A stretch of DNA of 64,000 bases, from positions 6,432,001 through 6,496,000 of the forward strand of contig OZ244561.1 of NCBI GenBank assembly GCA_965217585.1, given 5' to 3'. This DNA comes from Candidatus Latescibacterota bacterium. GTDB taxonomy: Bacteria; Latescibacterota; UBA2968; UBA8231. The position numbers and the translations under genes are program-made. A model generated the notes under the pieces. The model did no database searches. It was not told the origin of the DNA and worked only from the letters and a program-made list of their open reading frames with translations. This document shows, piece by piece, positions 1-9,007 of the stretch (position 1 is the stretch's first letter; each line of letters starts with the position of its first letter).

Positions 1-625
1 TCAGGGCAAATATCACCGGCACCGCCAACACAACCGCTGAGTCGGTACCCACGCTGGAGGTGACCAAATAGAAAAATTGCGCCATGAATACCATGTTGAA
101 CAAGACGGATAACCCGACGATGGCCCCCCATGCAACCGGCCCGCTCGCTTTCCGGCGGCACCAGCCCCAATACAGCAGCGGGCCGAGGAAGCAGAATAGC
201 AACAGCAAAAAGCCCCTGAGATGGGGCCATAAAATCCATGCGGCTGCGGCCCCCAATCCCAACGTGACCGCGGCAGAACTCAACTTGTCCACGGCCGTCA
301 GCAACGCGGCCTTGGTCCGGCTCCGCCCCAAGAAAACGCCGCGCCCCAGCTCACCTAAACGGCTGGGTGTCACCAGACCGAGGGCTGCGCCACCCAGCAA
401 CGAATAGAGCGCATCCCGCCCATTGACCTCGGGGATTTGGTTGCGCAACAACAACTGCCACTTAATCCACTGCACGCCGATGCCTACTAGGGCAATCGCC
501 CCGCAGATGAGCACTTTGTCCCTACCGACCTGCCCAGCGGTCGCAAGCAGTGCAGCCGGTTCGAGGTACCATGCGGCCCAGCCGAGCAGGGCCGTTGCCA
601 AGATGATTTTTGCCCAAATTAACAT
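1..625 (-). CDS. Lysylphosphatidylglycerol synthase TM / flippase-like membrane protein (partial, runs off left edge)
   Basis: Not in the ORF track. Read manually from ATG at 625, which overlaps the BMC stop: MLIWAKIILATALLGWAAWYLEP...QWIKWQLLL...GLVTPSRLGELGRG...AVDK. The TPxxxGExxR motif is typical of this family; open to the window edge. Confidence 0.75.
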   Translation of the reverse strand, partial: MLIWAKIILATALLGWAAWYLEPAALLATAGQVGRDKVLICGAIALVGIGVQWIKWQLLLRNQIPEVNGRDALYSLLGGAALGLVTPSRLGELGRGVFLGRSRTKAALLTAVDKLSSAAVTLGLGAAAAWILWPHLRGFLLLLFCFLGPLLYWGWCRRKASGPVAWGAIVGLSVLFNMVFMAQFFYLVTSSVGTDSAVVLAVPVIFAL

Positions 626-912
626 GCAGTCGCTGGGGGGCGGATTAGGGGCAACGCAGCTTCCGTGCTCTCATGCGGCCGGGGAATGATACTGAGCGCA
701 ACTATTTCACCCGCGCTCGCCGCGGCCACGGCACCAGCTTCAGTAGCTGCGCGCACAGCGGCCACGTCTCCGCGGACGACGACCGAGACCAGCCCGCCGC
801 CTACTTGCTGCCAGCCGACCCCCTCGACCTCAGCGGCTTTGACCATCGCGTCTACCGCTTCGACCATAGCTACCCAGCCGCGGGTTTCAATCATGCCCAG
901 GGCGCGTCCCAT
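619..912 (-). CDS. Bacterial microcompartment hexamer shell protein (BMC-H, EutM/PduA/CcmK-like)
   Basis: ALGMIETRG...EAVDAMVKAA...GGGLVSVVVRGDVAAVRAA...IPRPH, the classic BMC domain. Confidence 0.95.
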   Translation of the reverse strand: MGRALGMIETRGWVAMVEAVDAMVKAAEVEGVGWQQVGGGLVSVVVRGDVAAVRAATEAGAVAAASAGEIVALSIIPRPHESTEAALPLIRPPATAC

Positions 913-942
913 TGGTCTGTTTCACTCTTGTTTAGACGGCAG

Positions 943-971
943 AAGATAGGCGACCTAACACCTTCCGTCAA
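943..971 (-). promoter_or_regulatory. sigma70-like promoter for the BMC-H gene
   Basis: Minus strand TTGACG-N17-TATCTT, about 30 nt upstream of the ATG. Confidence 0.55.
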
Positions 972-1050
972 AGCACAAAAAAGCGTCCCCCAAGACGGTC
1001 TGGGCAACGCCACTGTGTTAAGCCTAGCGCTCCGCGCTTTCTTCTGAGCC

Positions 1051-2142
1051 TCAAGCCTTAAAAAGGAAGGTGATGACGTCCCCATCGGCTACGGCGTAAT
1101 CCCGGCCTTCACTCCGCAATTGCCCGGCCGCTTTCAGCGGTGCCCATCCCCCCATAGTAAGTAGCTGATCACAAGAGACTAGTTCGGCGCGGATAAATCC
1201 CTTTTCCATGTCCGTGTGGATCCGCCCGGCCGCTCGCGGTGCCTTTTCCCCACGCCGCAACTGCCAAGCCTGCAGCTTGCCGTTGGCGAGCGTGTAGAAG
1301 GTAATCAGATCCAGCAGCTTGTATCCGGCTTGGACTAAGCGCTCTATTCCCCCCTGCTCCAGCCCCAATTCCCTGATGAACTCCGCTCTCTCCTCCCGGC
1401 TCAGACCGGCCATCTCCGCTTCGAACTGTGCCGAGACGACCAGCACTTGATCCGCTCCATAGCGTTTGACTAGCCAATCCACCCATGGCCCTGGCGCACC
1501 GGCTTCCGCTTCCCCGACATTGGCCGCATAAAGCACCGGCCTTGCCGTCAGCAAGCGATACGGAGCGAGCGCGTCTTTTTCTTCCATAGTCAACCCCATC
1601 GCCGCCGTGCCCGTTCCACGCTGCAATCCCTCTAAGACCTTGACGCAGGCCGCTAACTCGTGTGTGCGCGTGCTCCGCGGCTCAGAGCGAACTACTTTAT
1701 CTAAATAGGGCACGGCCTTTTCCATGATCGCCAAATCCGCTAGCAGCAACTCCGTTTCAATGGTCTCAATATCGCGCAAGGGGTCTATCGCCCCATCTAC
1801 ATGGCTTATTTGCGCGTCGTCAAAGCAGCGCACCACATGGACTAGGGCATCGGCATCTCTGACGTGGGAGAGGAATTGATTGCCCAACCCGGCACCTTGG
1901 TTCGCGCCCCGCACCAGCCCAGCAATATCGACAAAGTGGATGCTCGTAGGCGTTGTGGATTCCGGCTGTGTAACCTCGCTCAGCCGCTCCAATCGCGGAT
2001 CTGGAACCTCGACGGTACCCACATTGGGTGCCACTGTGCAAAATGGGTAATTAGATACCTCGACTCCATCTCCTGTTAGCGCGTTGAAGAGCGTTGATTT
2101 GCCTACATTGGGCAAGCCGATTATGCCGATGGAGAGAGCCAT
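1051..2142 (-). CDS. ychF: Redox-regulated ATPase YchF
   Basis: GLPNVGKSTLFN, NYPFCT, DIAGLV, IHTDMEKGFIRAE, C-terminal TGS domain. Confidence 0.97.
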   Translation of the reverse strand: MALSIGIIGLPNVGKSTLFNALTGDGVEVSNYPFCTVAPNVGTVEVPDPRLERLSEVTQPESTTPTSIHFVDIAGLVRGANQGAGLGNQFLSHVRDADALVHVVRCFDDAQISHVDGAIDPLRDIETIETELLLADLAIMEKAVPYLDKVVRSEPRSTRTHELAACVKVLEGLQRGTGTAAMGLTMEEKDALAPYRLLTARPVLYAANVGEAEAGAPGPWVDWLVKRYGADQVLVVSAQFEAEMAGLSREERAEFIRELGLEQGGIERLVQAGYKLLDLITFYTLANGKLQAWQLRRGEKAPRAAGRIHTDMEKGFIRAELVSCDQLLTMGGWAPLKAAGQLRSEGRDYAVADGDVITFLFKA

Positions 2143-2159
2143 ATCTCATATCGCAAATA

Positions 2160-2200
2160 AATTAAGTCCCTGTAAGGCAAAAGCTCACAGGGACTTAATT
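2160..2200 (-). terminator. Intrinsic terminator hairpin downstream of the tRNA cluster
   Basis: 14-bp inverted repeat aattaagtccctgt...acagggacttaatt immediately 3' of tRNA-Pro. Confidence 0.7.
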
Positions 2201-2202
2201 CG

Positions 2203-2280
2203 TGGTCGGGGTGGCCGGATTTGAACCGGCGACCCCCTGCTCCCGAAGCAGGTGCGCTAGCCGGGCTGCGCTACACCCCG
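2203..2280 (-). tRNA. tRNA-Pro (anticodon CGG)
   Basis: Reverse complement CGGGGTGTAGCGCAGCCCGGCTAGCGCACCTGC-TTCGGGA-GCAGG...GGTTCAAATCC...CCCCGACCA. Confidence 0.95.
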
Positions 2281-2326
2281 ACATGGACAAGCAAAAGCTG
2301 CGATCTCTATACTACTATTATAAAAA

Positions 2327-2404
2327 TGGTCGGGGTGACTGGATTTGAACCAGCGACCTCTTCCACCCCAAGGAAGCGCGCTAGCCGGGCTGCGCCACAC
2401 CCCG
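2327..2404 (-). tRNA. tRNA-Pro (anticodon GGG)
   Basis: Reverse complement CGGGGTGTGGCGCAG...CTTCC-TTGGGGT-GGAAG...GGTTCAAATCC...CCCCGACCA. Confidence 0.95.
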
Positions 2405-2437
2405 ACTCAATTATCCGACCATACTCTGGCGACAAAA

Positions 2438-2514
2438 TGGTGAGCTAACCAGGATTCGAACCTGGGACCTCCGGTTCCGGAGACCGGCGCTCTATCCAGC
2501 TGAGCTATTAGCCC
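2438..2514 (-). tRNA. tRNA-Arg (anticodon CCG)
   Basis: Reverse complement GGGCTAATAGCTCAGCTGGATAGAGCG-CCGGT-CTCCGGA-ACCGG...GGTTCGAATCC...CTCACCA. Confidence 0.95.
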
Positions 2515-2520
2515 CTTAGC

Positions 2521-2616
2521 CTAGATATTCTTCTTCTTGTGTCGATTTTTGCGCAGTCTCTTCTTGCGCTTGTGCGTAGCGATCTTATGCCGCTTTCTCT
2601 TCCTGCCACAGGGCAT
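2521..2616 (-). CDS. Small basic ribosomal protein bS22 (AURKAIP1/COX24/DUF1713 type), 31 aa
   Basis: Manual translation MPCGRKRKRHKIATHKRKKRLRKNRHKKKNI*, with AGGAG RBS upstream. Too short for the ORF track. Confidence 0.85.
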   Translation of the reverse strand: MPCGRKRKRHKIATHKRKKRLRKNRHKKKNI

Positions 2617-2926
2617 CTTTTTTTTCTCCTGGACCTTTGTCCTCTACGTTTTCCCCATTGACGCGCACCCGCAATTCCTTTGAAGGCTTAAATGCCGGGG
2701 CCTTGCGACCGGCGATTTTCACTTCGTCACCCGTGCGTGGATTGCGACCTGTGCGCGGTGCCCGCTCGACGACTTTGAAGGTGCCAAAACCGCGAATTTC
2801 AATGTGATCTTCCCGTTCCAAAGCCTCGACTACGGATTCAATAAAGCCATCGACGACAGCCGCAGTATCCGTCTTGGTAAGCCCAGTTCCTTCGGCGATG
2901 AGACGCACGATATCAGCTTTCGTCAA
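2585..2926 (-). CDS. hup: HU/IHF family DNA-binding protein
   Basis: MTKADIV...IEIRGFGTF...RTGRNPRTG...PAFKPSKEL. Confidence 0.95.
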   Translation of the reverse strand: MTKADIVRLIAEGTGLTKTDTAAVVDGFIESVVEALEREDHIEIRGFGTFKVVERAPRTGRNPRTGDEVKIAGRKAPAFKPSKELRVRVNGENVEDKGPGEKKDALWQEEKAA

Positions 2927-3035
2927 GACCGTACTCTCTATTTGGGTGAATTGAAATCGCGTTAACTATCACGCCAGCAAACAGTTTTAAAGGATATGGC
3001 ACGGCTCATGCTCTGTCAAGGCAAGCAGCGCCTCC

Positions 3036-3809
3036 TCAGCCTGGGCCGCGGTTTTTGCCGAGTACGAAAACCTCTTCGAGTACAGAAAAATCCACGATCG
3101 ACTTGAGGATGACTCGTAAAAAGACTGGAGCCCGTTTCTCCTGATTCACCTCCACCACTGTGCCAATCGGTATGCCCTTGGGGTAGCGCCCGCCCAACCC
3201 CGACGACACGACCAGATCGCCCTCCCGCACCAAGTTGCTCGCTTCGACGAATCGCAACTGGAACCGGCCGTCGACCCACGACACAATGCCTTGGGCACGC
3301 GTCACTCGGATCAAAGCACTAACTCTCGTGCGCATCAACAACTGCACGACCGAGTCTGATGCACCGACTTGGGCAATGTGACCGACGAGCCCTTCGGGCG
3401 TCACCACGGGCATATCCTTATCTACGCCGAGGTCACGGCCAGCGTTGATAACGATCGTGTCGTAAATGTGGTCGGGGTCTCGGCCGATCACTTCGGCAGA
3501 AATAACGCGCGTGCCTTCATCTATAGGCCGAAAGGACAGGGCCTTGCGCAGGCGCACATTTTCCCATCCAGCCTCCTGTAGCTGCATGTTGTCGAGGGCT
3601 AGGGCTACGTTTTGGGTCAGGAGAAAACGGCTCTTTTCTTCGCTGCGGGCAGAGCGGATGACTTGCGAAAACAGTGCTTGACCTGATGCCAATAGACCGA
3701 CCTGGCACCGCTCGGCGATGTAGGTCTTATAGGATTGAGGTAAGCTCATCAAGATCAAGGCGCAGGCAACGGCCAGCCCAATGACGAAGAGCTCCCGGGT
3801 ATTGGCCAT
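3036..3809 (-). CDS. mreC: Rod shape-determining protein MreC
   Basis: N-terminal TM, coiled coil, ENVRLRKAL, INAG, GLVG, GDLVVSSGLGGRYPKGIPIG; follows mreB. Confidence 0.93.
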   Translation of the reverse strand: MANTRELFVIGLAVACALILMSLPQSYKTYIAERCQVGLLASGQALFSQVIRSARSEEKSRFLLTQNVALALDNMQLQEAGWENVRLRKALSFRPIDEGTRVISAEVIGRDPDHIYDTIVINAGRDLGVDKDMPVVTPEGLVGHIAQVGASDSVVQLLMRTRVSALIRVTRAQGIVSWVDGRFQLRFVEASNLVREGDLVVSSGLGGRYPKGIPIGTVVEVNQEKRAPVFLRVILKSIVDFSVLEEVFVLGKNRGPG

Positions 3810-3815
3810 AGTCGA

Positions 3816-4835
3816 TTAGAGCAGAACTTGGCGGTAGTTATCAAACTCTTCAAGAATGCGGGCATTGCCCCGCACCACGGCCGAAAGCGGGTCTTCACTA
3901 TCGACATAAGTAGGCAAATTCGTCGCCTCAAGCAGGTGCTCCTTCAGCCCTCGCAGCATGCTCCCACCGCCGCAGAGCACCATGCCTCTATCGAGGATAT
4001 CCGCCGCCAATTCGGGTGGCATCCTCTCCAACACTCTGCGCACGCTGGCGACGATTTGGGCTACGGAACCGGCTAGGGATTCTCGTATCTCAACTGAGTC
4101 CACTTGTAAGACTTTGGGTAGCCCGGCTACGGTATCGCGACCACGCACCGCGATACTCTCTTCTGTATCCAATTCCGTCGCCGACCCGATTTTCCACTTG
4201 ATGGTCTCGGCACCTTGGATGCCAATAAGCAGGTTGTGCTTTCTACGCATCCACTCGGTAATTGACTGGTCCATGGCCTCTCCAGCCACCCGCAGCGACT
4301 CGTGTTCGACTAGACCTGAAAGGGCGATTACGGCGACCTCCGTCGTCCCGCCGCCGACATCGATGACCATTGAGCCGACGGCTTGATCGACCGGCAATCC
4401 CATGCCGATGGCCGCGGCCATCGGCTCGCTGACCATATGGACTTCTCTGGCCCCCACGCGCTCGCAGGAGTTTCGCACGGCCCGCTTCTCTACTTCAGTG
4501 CTGCCTGCCGGGACCGCCACCACGATCTTGGGCCGCACGAAAAGTTTGTTCTTTTTAACTTTGCGGATAAAGCTGCGAATCATCTCTTCGGTAACTTCAA
4601 AATCGGCTATGACGCCGTCCTTCAGGGGGCGAATTATTTGAATGCCGGCGTTTTCACGCCCCATCATCTCCTTGGCCTCTGCACCGACGGCAATGACTTT
4701 TTGGGTGGCGACTTGGCGGGCCACAACCGAGGGCTCGTTGAGGACGATTCCCTTGCCTTTGACAAACACCAAGGTATTGGCGGTGCCCAAGTCTATGCCT
4801 ATTTCATGCGAAAAGAAACGCGATAAAACGCTCAT
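3816..4835 (-). CDS. mreB: Rod shape-determining protein MreB
   Basis: IGIDLGTANT, RPLKDGVIADF, EPMAAAIG, DVGGGTTE. Confidence 0.97.
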   Translation of the reverse strand: MSVLSRFFSHEIGIDLGTANTLVFVKGKGIVLNEPSVVARQVATQKVIAVGAEAKEMMGRENAGIQIIRPLKDGVIADFEVTEEMIRSFIRKVKKNKLFVRPKIVVAVPAGSTEVEKRAVRNSCERVGAREVHMVSEPMAAAIGMGLPVDQAVGSMVIDVGGGTTEVAVIALSGLVEHESLRVAGEAMDQSITEWMRRKHNLLIGIQGAETIKWKIGSATELDTEESIAVRGRDTVAGLPKVLQVDSVEIRESLAGSVAQIVASVRRVLERMPPELAADILDRGMVLCGGGSMLRGLKEHLLEATNLPTYVDSEDPLSAVVRGNARILEEFDNYRQVLL

Positions 4836-5036
4836 TCTGTATCTCCATCCAAAAAGTTAAATCTCGACTCTGTAGCCTTGGTTTGAGCACCCCGGCATTG
4901 AGAGCATCCGCTATTGCCTATCTATAATAAGTAAGGTGATTTGGATTTGCCAAATCACCCGCCCCCCTTATATTTTCTAGCGCTAGTTAATTCTGGACAC
5001 ACTGCACGCAAATTTCAGGGAGGCAGCGCATTCGCT

Positions 5037-5522
5037 ATGAACAAGGCCGCGCGGCATGTACTGCGGAGATTAGGCACTGATACTAGCTTGGACCACGAGC
5101 GCCAACAGCGCCTTTCACGCGAGGTCCAAGAAGAGCAGCAAAAACGCCGGGAACAAGGGGGCGATCAAGATACCAGCTTCGAGGCCATTCCCGAGGAAAT
5201 GCTGACTGAGTCGGAAAAGCGCCACGAGAAGTATCGCCGCCAACAGGCCATGGCCGGGCGGTTTACCCCCGCTGCCGAGCGCCTGCCCATTATGACGGCT
5301 GAAGAGCGGGCCGCCCACAACAAGGATCGTCCCAAGTGGCAGCAGACTTCGTTTGAGGGACCGATTGAAAAGCTAATCGAGAAATACCAAGACCTAGAGG
5401 AAGTACAACGCCACCTGACCTTGGGTCAATCCATGAAGTACGAGTTTACCAGCGACGGCCGCGTCCTCGACAAAGAAGGTAATCTGATCTTCGATGGAGA
5501 AAAGGTCGTCGGCAAACTCTAG
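5037..5522 (+). CDS. Hypothetical charged protein
   Basis: ATG at 5037 preceded by GGGAGG; no recognisable family. Confidence 0.65.
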   Translation: MNKAARHVLRRLGTDTSLDHERQQRLSREVQEEQQKRREQGGDQDTSFEAIPEEMLTESEKRHEKYRRQQAMAGRFTPAAERLPIMTAEERAAHNKDRPKWQQTSFEGPIEKLIEKYQDLEEVQRHLTLGQSMKYEFTSDGRVLDKEGNLIFDGEKVVGKL

Positions 5523-5579
5523 GTTGGCTGGCTTGCTCCCCTCTTAAGACGCACAAGTGGCTGCTCGCCACAATCCGAC

Positions 5580-6644
5580 TTGATGCCTCGTCTTTATCGA
5601 TTGCTCATCGGGCTTGGCCTGTTGAGCGTCTGTGGCTGCAATCTCAATTACTATTGGCATCTGGCCCGCGGCCAAAGTCGCGTGGTGTACAAGCGCATAC
5701 CCGTCCAAAACCTCCTCGCCCGACCCGACCTAGCCGAGCAAACTCGGACGCAACTAGAGCTGATCCAAACCATTCTTCGCTACGCCGAAAGCGTGGGTCT
5801 GAAAACAGACGACCATTACACGGCCTTCTACGATACGGGCGGCGACCCGATCAGTTGGAATGTCAGCGCTTGTCCGCCCGACCGCTTCTCGCCCTATACT
5901 TGGGATTTTCCGTTCGTCGGCGAGGTCCCCTATAAAGGTTTCTTTCGCCGCGATTTGGCCGACGAGCAGCGCGATGCCCTCGCCGCCGCAGGGTATGACG
6001 CAATCGTTCGCCCGGTCAGTGCCTACAGCACCTTGGGCATTTTCTCCGATCCAATCCTCAGCTCAATGCTCAACTACGCGCCCGACCAACTAGCCGATTT
6101 GATCCTCCACGAACTGACTCACGCCCTCGTCTATGCCCCAAGACAGACCGATTACAACGAGAGCTTGGCGACCTTCGTCGGCCGCCAAGGGTCCCTGCTC
6201 TTCTTGGCGCAGCACTTCGGCATCGATACCCCGCTCTTGCAACAGGCTGAGGCGCACCGAGCGGACGCGGCCCTCTTTCGGCACTTCATGGCCGAGACCG
6301 TCGCAGCACTCGACAGCCTCTACTCGCTGGGCCTGCCTCGCAGCGTTGTTCTGCGCGACCGACATATCGTTTTTGCTCAGCGCCAGCGCGATTTCACCCT
6401 CATCAGAACGCAGTTTACCCACAACCAGTACGATGGGTTCCTCCAATGGGAACTAAACAATGCGCGGCTCCTATCTTATCGTCGCTACAACTCCAATCTA
6501 GCGCTTTTCTTTGATGTTTATCGCACCCGCGGCGAGGACTTGGCCAGTGCCTTGGAGATTTTTGCGGCCTGCGCTGAAGACGGCAACCCTTGGCAGTGCC
6601 TGCGCGTTACAATAGAGCCTGAGGAGGAGAGGAACCCGTCATAG
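5580..6644 (+). CDS. Putative zinc aminopeptidase lipoprotein (DUF2265/Aminopep-like)
   Basis: Lipobox-like CGC, YYWHLARGQ, WNVSA, PYKGFF, AYSTLG, HELTH...NESLATFV. Confidence 0.85.
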   Translation: MMPRLYRLLIGLGLLSVCGCNLNYYWHLARGQSRVVYKRIPVQNLLARPDLAEQTRTQLELIQTILRYAESVGLKTDDHYTAFYDTGGDPISWNVSACPPDRFSPYTWDFPFVGEVPYKGFFRRDLADEQRDALAAAGYDAIVRPVSAYSTLGIFSDPILSSMLNYAPDQLADLILHELTHALVYAPRQTDYNESLATFVGRQGSLLFLAQHFGIDTPLLQQAEAHRADAALFRHFMAETVAALDSLYSLGLPRSVVLRDRHIVFAQRQRDFTLIRTQFTHNQYDGFLQWELNNARLLSYRRYNSNLALFFDVYRTRGEDLASALEIFAACAEDGNPWQCLRVTIEPEEERNPS

Positions 6645-6673
6645 CCTCCTCTTAGCCGATTTCTTGGGTCCGA

Positions 6674-7543
6674 ATGGTAGCTAAACACCTCTTGACAATG
6701 CTCTTGCTGGCGGCCCTCGCCTTTGGTCCGCTTGGGTGCGCCGCTAGGTTGCAGTCCGCGTTAGTGGGGTCGTTGATAGAAGACGTTAGTGCGGCCACAG
6801 CCCGTCACGACGATTTGGATTTGGTCGCCTCGGGCGTGCCTACTTTCCTACTCTTATTAGAAGGACTGCTGGTGGCCAATCCCCAAGACCCGCAATTGCT
6901 CTTAAGTGCTGCTGAGACCTATACTTCCTATGCTACTTTGGTCGAAGTCGACGATCCCCAACGAGCCAAGCACCTGTACCATCGGGCCAAGGTGTACGGT
7001 CTCAAAACCCTCTCTCTGCGCCTTAGTCAACCAGGCTTACTCCGAGCACCTTATGCTGAATTTATCCGCGTCACCGATGACCTAGAGGCCTCAGATCTGC
7101 CGGTCGTGTTCTGGGCCGCTTCGAGTTGGGGTGCTTGGATTAGTGCCAATATTGAATCCATGGCGGCACTGGCTGAATTGCCCAAAGTCATTAAACTCAT
7201 GCAGTGGATCGTGGCCCAAGACGAGACCTTTCAATACGGGAGTTCCCATGTCTTCTTGGGGTCCTATTACGCAGCCCTACCGCCGATGTTGGGCGGCAAC
7301 CCGGAAAAGGCCGCCGAGCACTTCGACCGAGCGGTGGCTATCAGCAAAGGACAGGTGCTCATGGTTTACGTAGCCAAGGCCAAATTCTATGCTCGGAACA
7401 CTTTTGACCGGGTGCTATACGAATCCCTGCTCAACCAAGCCCTAACCAGCCCAGCGGACGCCGTACCGGAGCTTACCTTGCAAAACATCGCCGCCCAAAA
7501 ACAGGCGCAGATCCTGCTAGATCAAGCCGATGACTTCTTTTAA
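6674..7543 (+). CDS. TRAP transporter TatT component (TPR lipoprotein)
   Basis: Lipoprotein signal; LEGLL..P, GGNPEKAAEHFDRA; directly upstream of dctP. Confidence 0.85.
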   Translation: MVAKHLLTMLLLAALAFGPLGCAARLQSALVGSLIEDVSAATARHDDLDLVASGVPTFLLLLEGLLVANPQDPQLLLSAAETYTSYATLVEVDDPQRAKHLYHRAKVYGLKTLSLRLSQPGLLRAPYAEFIRVTDDLEASDLPVVFWAASSWGAWISANIESMAALAELPKVIKLMQWIVAQDETFQYGSSHVFLGSYYAALPPMLGGNPEKAAEHFDRAVAISKGQVLMVYVAKAKFYARNTFDRVLYESLLNQALTSPADAVPELTLQNIAAQKQAQILLDQADDFF

Positions 7544-8534
7544 GGGACTTTTTGCGGTCGTCGCCGCTTTCATAGCCAGCTCTGTCGCGGCCCAACCCAA
7601 TCACCTCCTCAAAATTGCGACCCTCGCCCCGGAGGGCAGTGGCTGGGCCAAGGTCCTCCGCACCATTGACGCGGACGTGCGGCGAGAGACGGGCGGCAAT
7701 GTGGGATTCAAAATCTATCCTGGCGGCGTCCAAGGCGACGAGAAAGTCATCTTGCGCAAGATGCGCATCGGCCAGCTCCACGGCGGTAATTTTGGCGGCC
7801 TAGGCATCAGCCAGACCTTTCCCGATGTCCTCGCGCTGGAAATGCCCTTCCTCTTCGACAGCTATGCCGAAATAGATTACGTGCTCGAGAAAATGGATGC
7901 CTTTTACCGGCAAGGATACGAGGAACGAGGCTATGTCTTTCTCGGTTGGGTCGACATTGGCTTTGTCCACATCCTCTCGCAGCAACCCGTAGCTACCGTC
8001 GCGGACATGCGCACTCAAAAGGTATGGCAGCTACCCGATGAACCGATTACCTCCGTGCTTTTCCGTATAGCCGGCGTTACCTCAGTTCCCCTCAACATCC
8101 CGGATGTCCTCCTCGGGTTGCAGACCAACCTAATTGATGTAGTGTACGCCTCGCCGTCCGTGACCATCATTCTCCAATGGTTTACCCGCGCAAAATATGT
8201 CACCCAACTTCCCATCAACTACACCCTAGGCGCTCTCTTGCTCGACAAGCGAATTTTCGCCAAAATTCCCGCCGCCGATCGCGAGCGCATCCACCGCATA
8301 GCGCAGCAGCACCTAGCCGCCTTGGGACAGCGCAACCGCCGAGAAAACGACGAGGCCATGGCTGTGTTGCAGGCCAATGGCCTGTCGCTGGTCGAGGTTG
8401 GCCCTAATGATGTAGAGACCTTCAAGGGCCTCGTCGCCAGCGCCGAAGCCGAGCTCGTGGGCCAGGCCTTTTCTAGTGCAGCTCACGAACAAATAGCGCG
8501 ACACCTCCAGGAATTTCGCCAGGCTTCCCCTTGA
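7530..8534 (+). CDS. dctP: TRAP substrate-binding protein (DctP/TatP)
   Basis: KIATLAPEGSGW, YPGGVQGDE...RKMRIGQL. Confidence 0.92.
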   Translation: MTSFKGLFAVVAAFIASSVAAQPNHLLKIATLAPEGSGWAKVLRTIDADVRRETGGNVGFKIYPGGVQGDEKVILRKMRIGQLHGGNFGGLGISQTFPDVLALEMPFLFDSYAEIDYVLEKMDAFYRQGYEERGYVFLGWVDIGFVHILSQQPVATVADMRTQKVWQLPDEPITSVLFRIAGVTSVPLNIPDVLLGLQTNLIDVVYASPSVTIILQWFTRAKYVTQLPINYTLGALLLDKRIFAKIPAADRERIHRIAQQHLAALGQRNRRENDEAMAVLQANGLSLVEVGPNDVETFKGLVASAEAELVGQAFSSAAHEQIARHLQEFRQASP

Positions 8535-9007
8535 GCGGTCAGCACTTCCTCCACCGACTCGAGACCGGCTTCCTCGTCCTTTTGGTAACCTGCTTGCTGG
8601 TGCTGACCTGCGGGCAGATTCTCATGCGCAACCTGTTCTCCATCACCTTCTTGGGCACCGAAAGTCTCGTGCGGCACCTCGTGTTGTGGATTGGGCTAGC
8701 CGGCGCTTTGGTCGCCACCCGGCTCGACAAACACATCCGCATTGACGCTGCGTTGCGCCTGCTACCCGCCGGGGTGCGAGCTATTGTCTTGAGCTGTGCA
8801 GACTTTTTTGCCGCTGCCCTTTGCGCCTATTTAGCGTATATCGCCGGATGCTTCGTGCTCGACGAACGCGCATTCGGCACGATGGCTTTCTTGGCCGTCC
8901 CCGCTTGGATCGCCCAACTGTGCTTTCCCCTCGTCTTTGGCTTGATGGGGTTGCGCTTCCTCTTGCAGGGCGGGCGACGCCTCCGCGCCCCCGCAGATCG
9001 CTCGTGA
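8531..9007 (+). CDS. dctQ: TRAP small permease
   Basis: 4 TM helices; LVLWIGLAGA...HIRID. Confidence 0.9.
   Translation: MSGQHFLHRLETGFLVLLVTCLLVLTCGQILMRNLFSITFLGTESLVRHLVLWIGLAGALVATRLDKHIRIDAALRLLPAGVRAIVLSCADFFAAALCAYLAYIAGCFVLDERAFGTMAFLAVPAWIAQLCFPLVFGLMGLRFLLQGGRRLRAPADRS

Noticed and set aside
2221-2448. 75-aa plus-strand ORF
   Set aside because: Antisense to tRNA genes
2203-2514. tRNA cluster as a prophage or island attachment site
   Set aside because: No integrase nearby and no duplicated tRNA 3' end noticed; flanks are housekeeping genes
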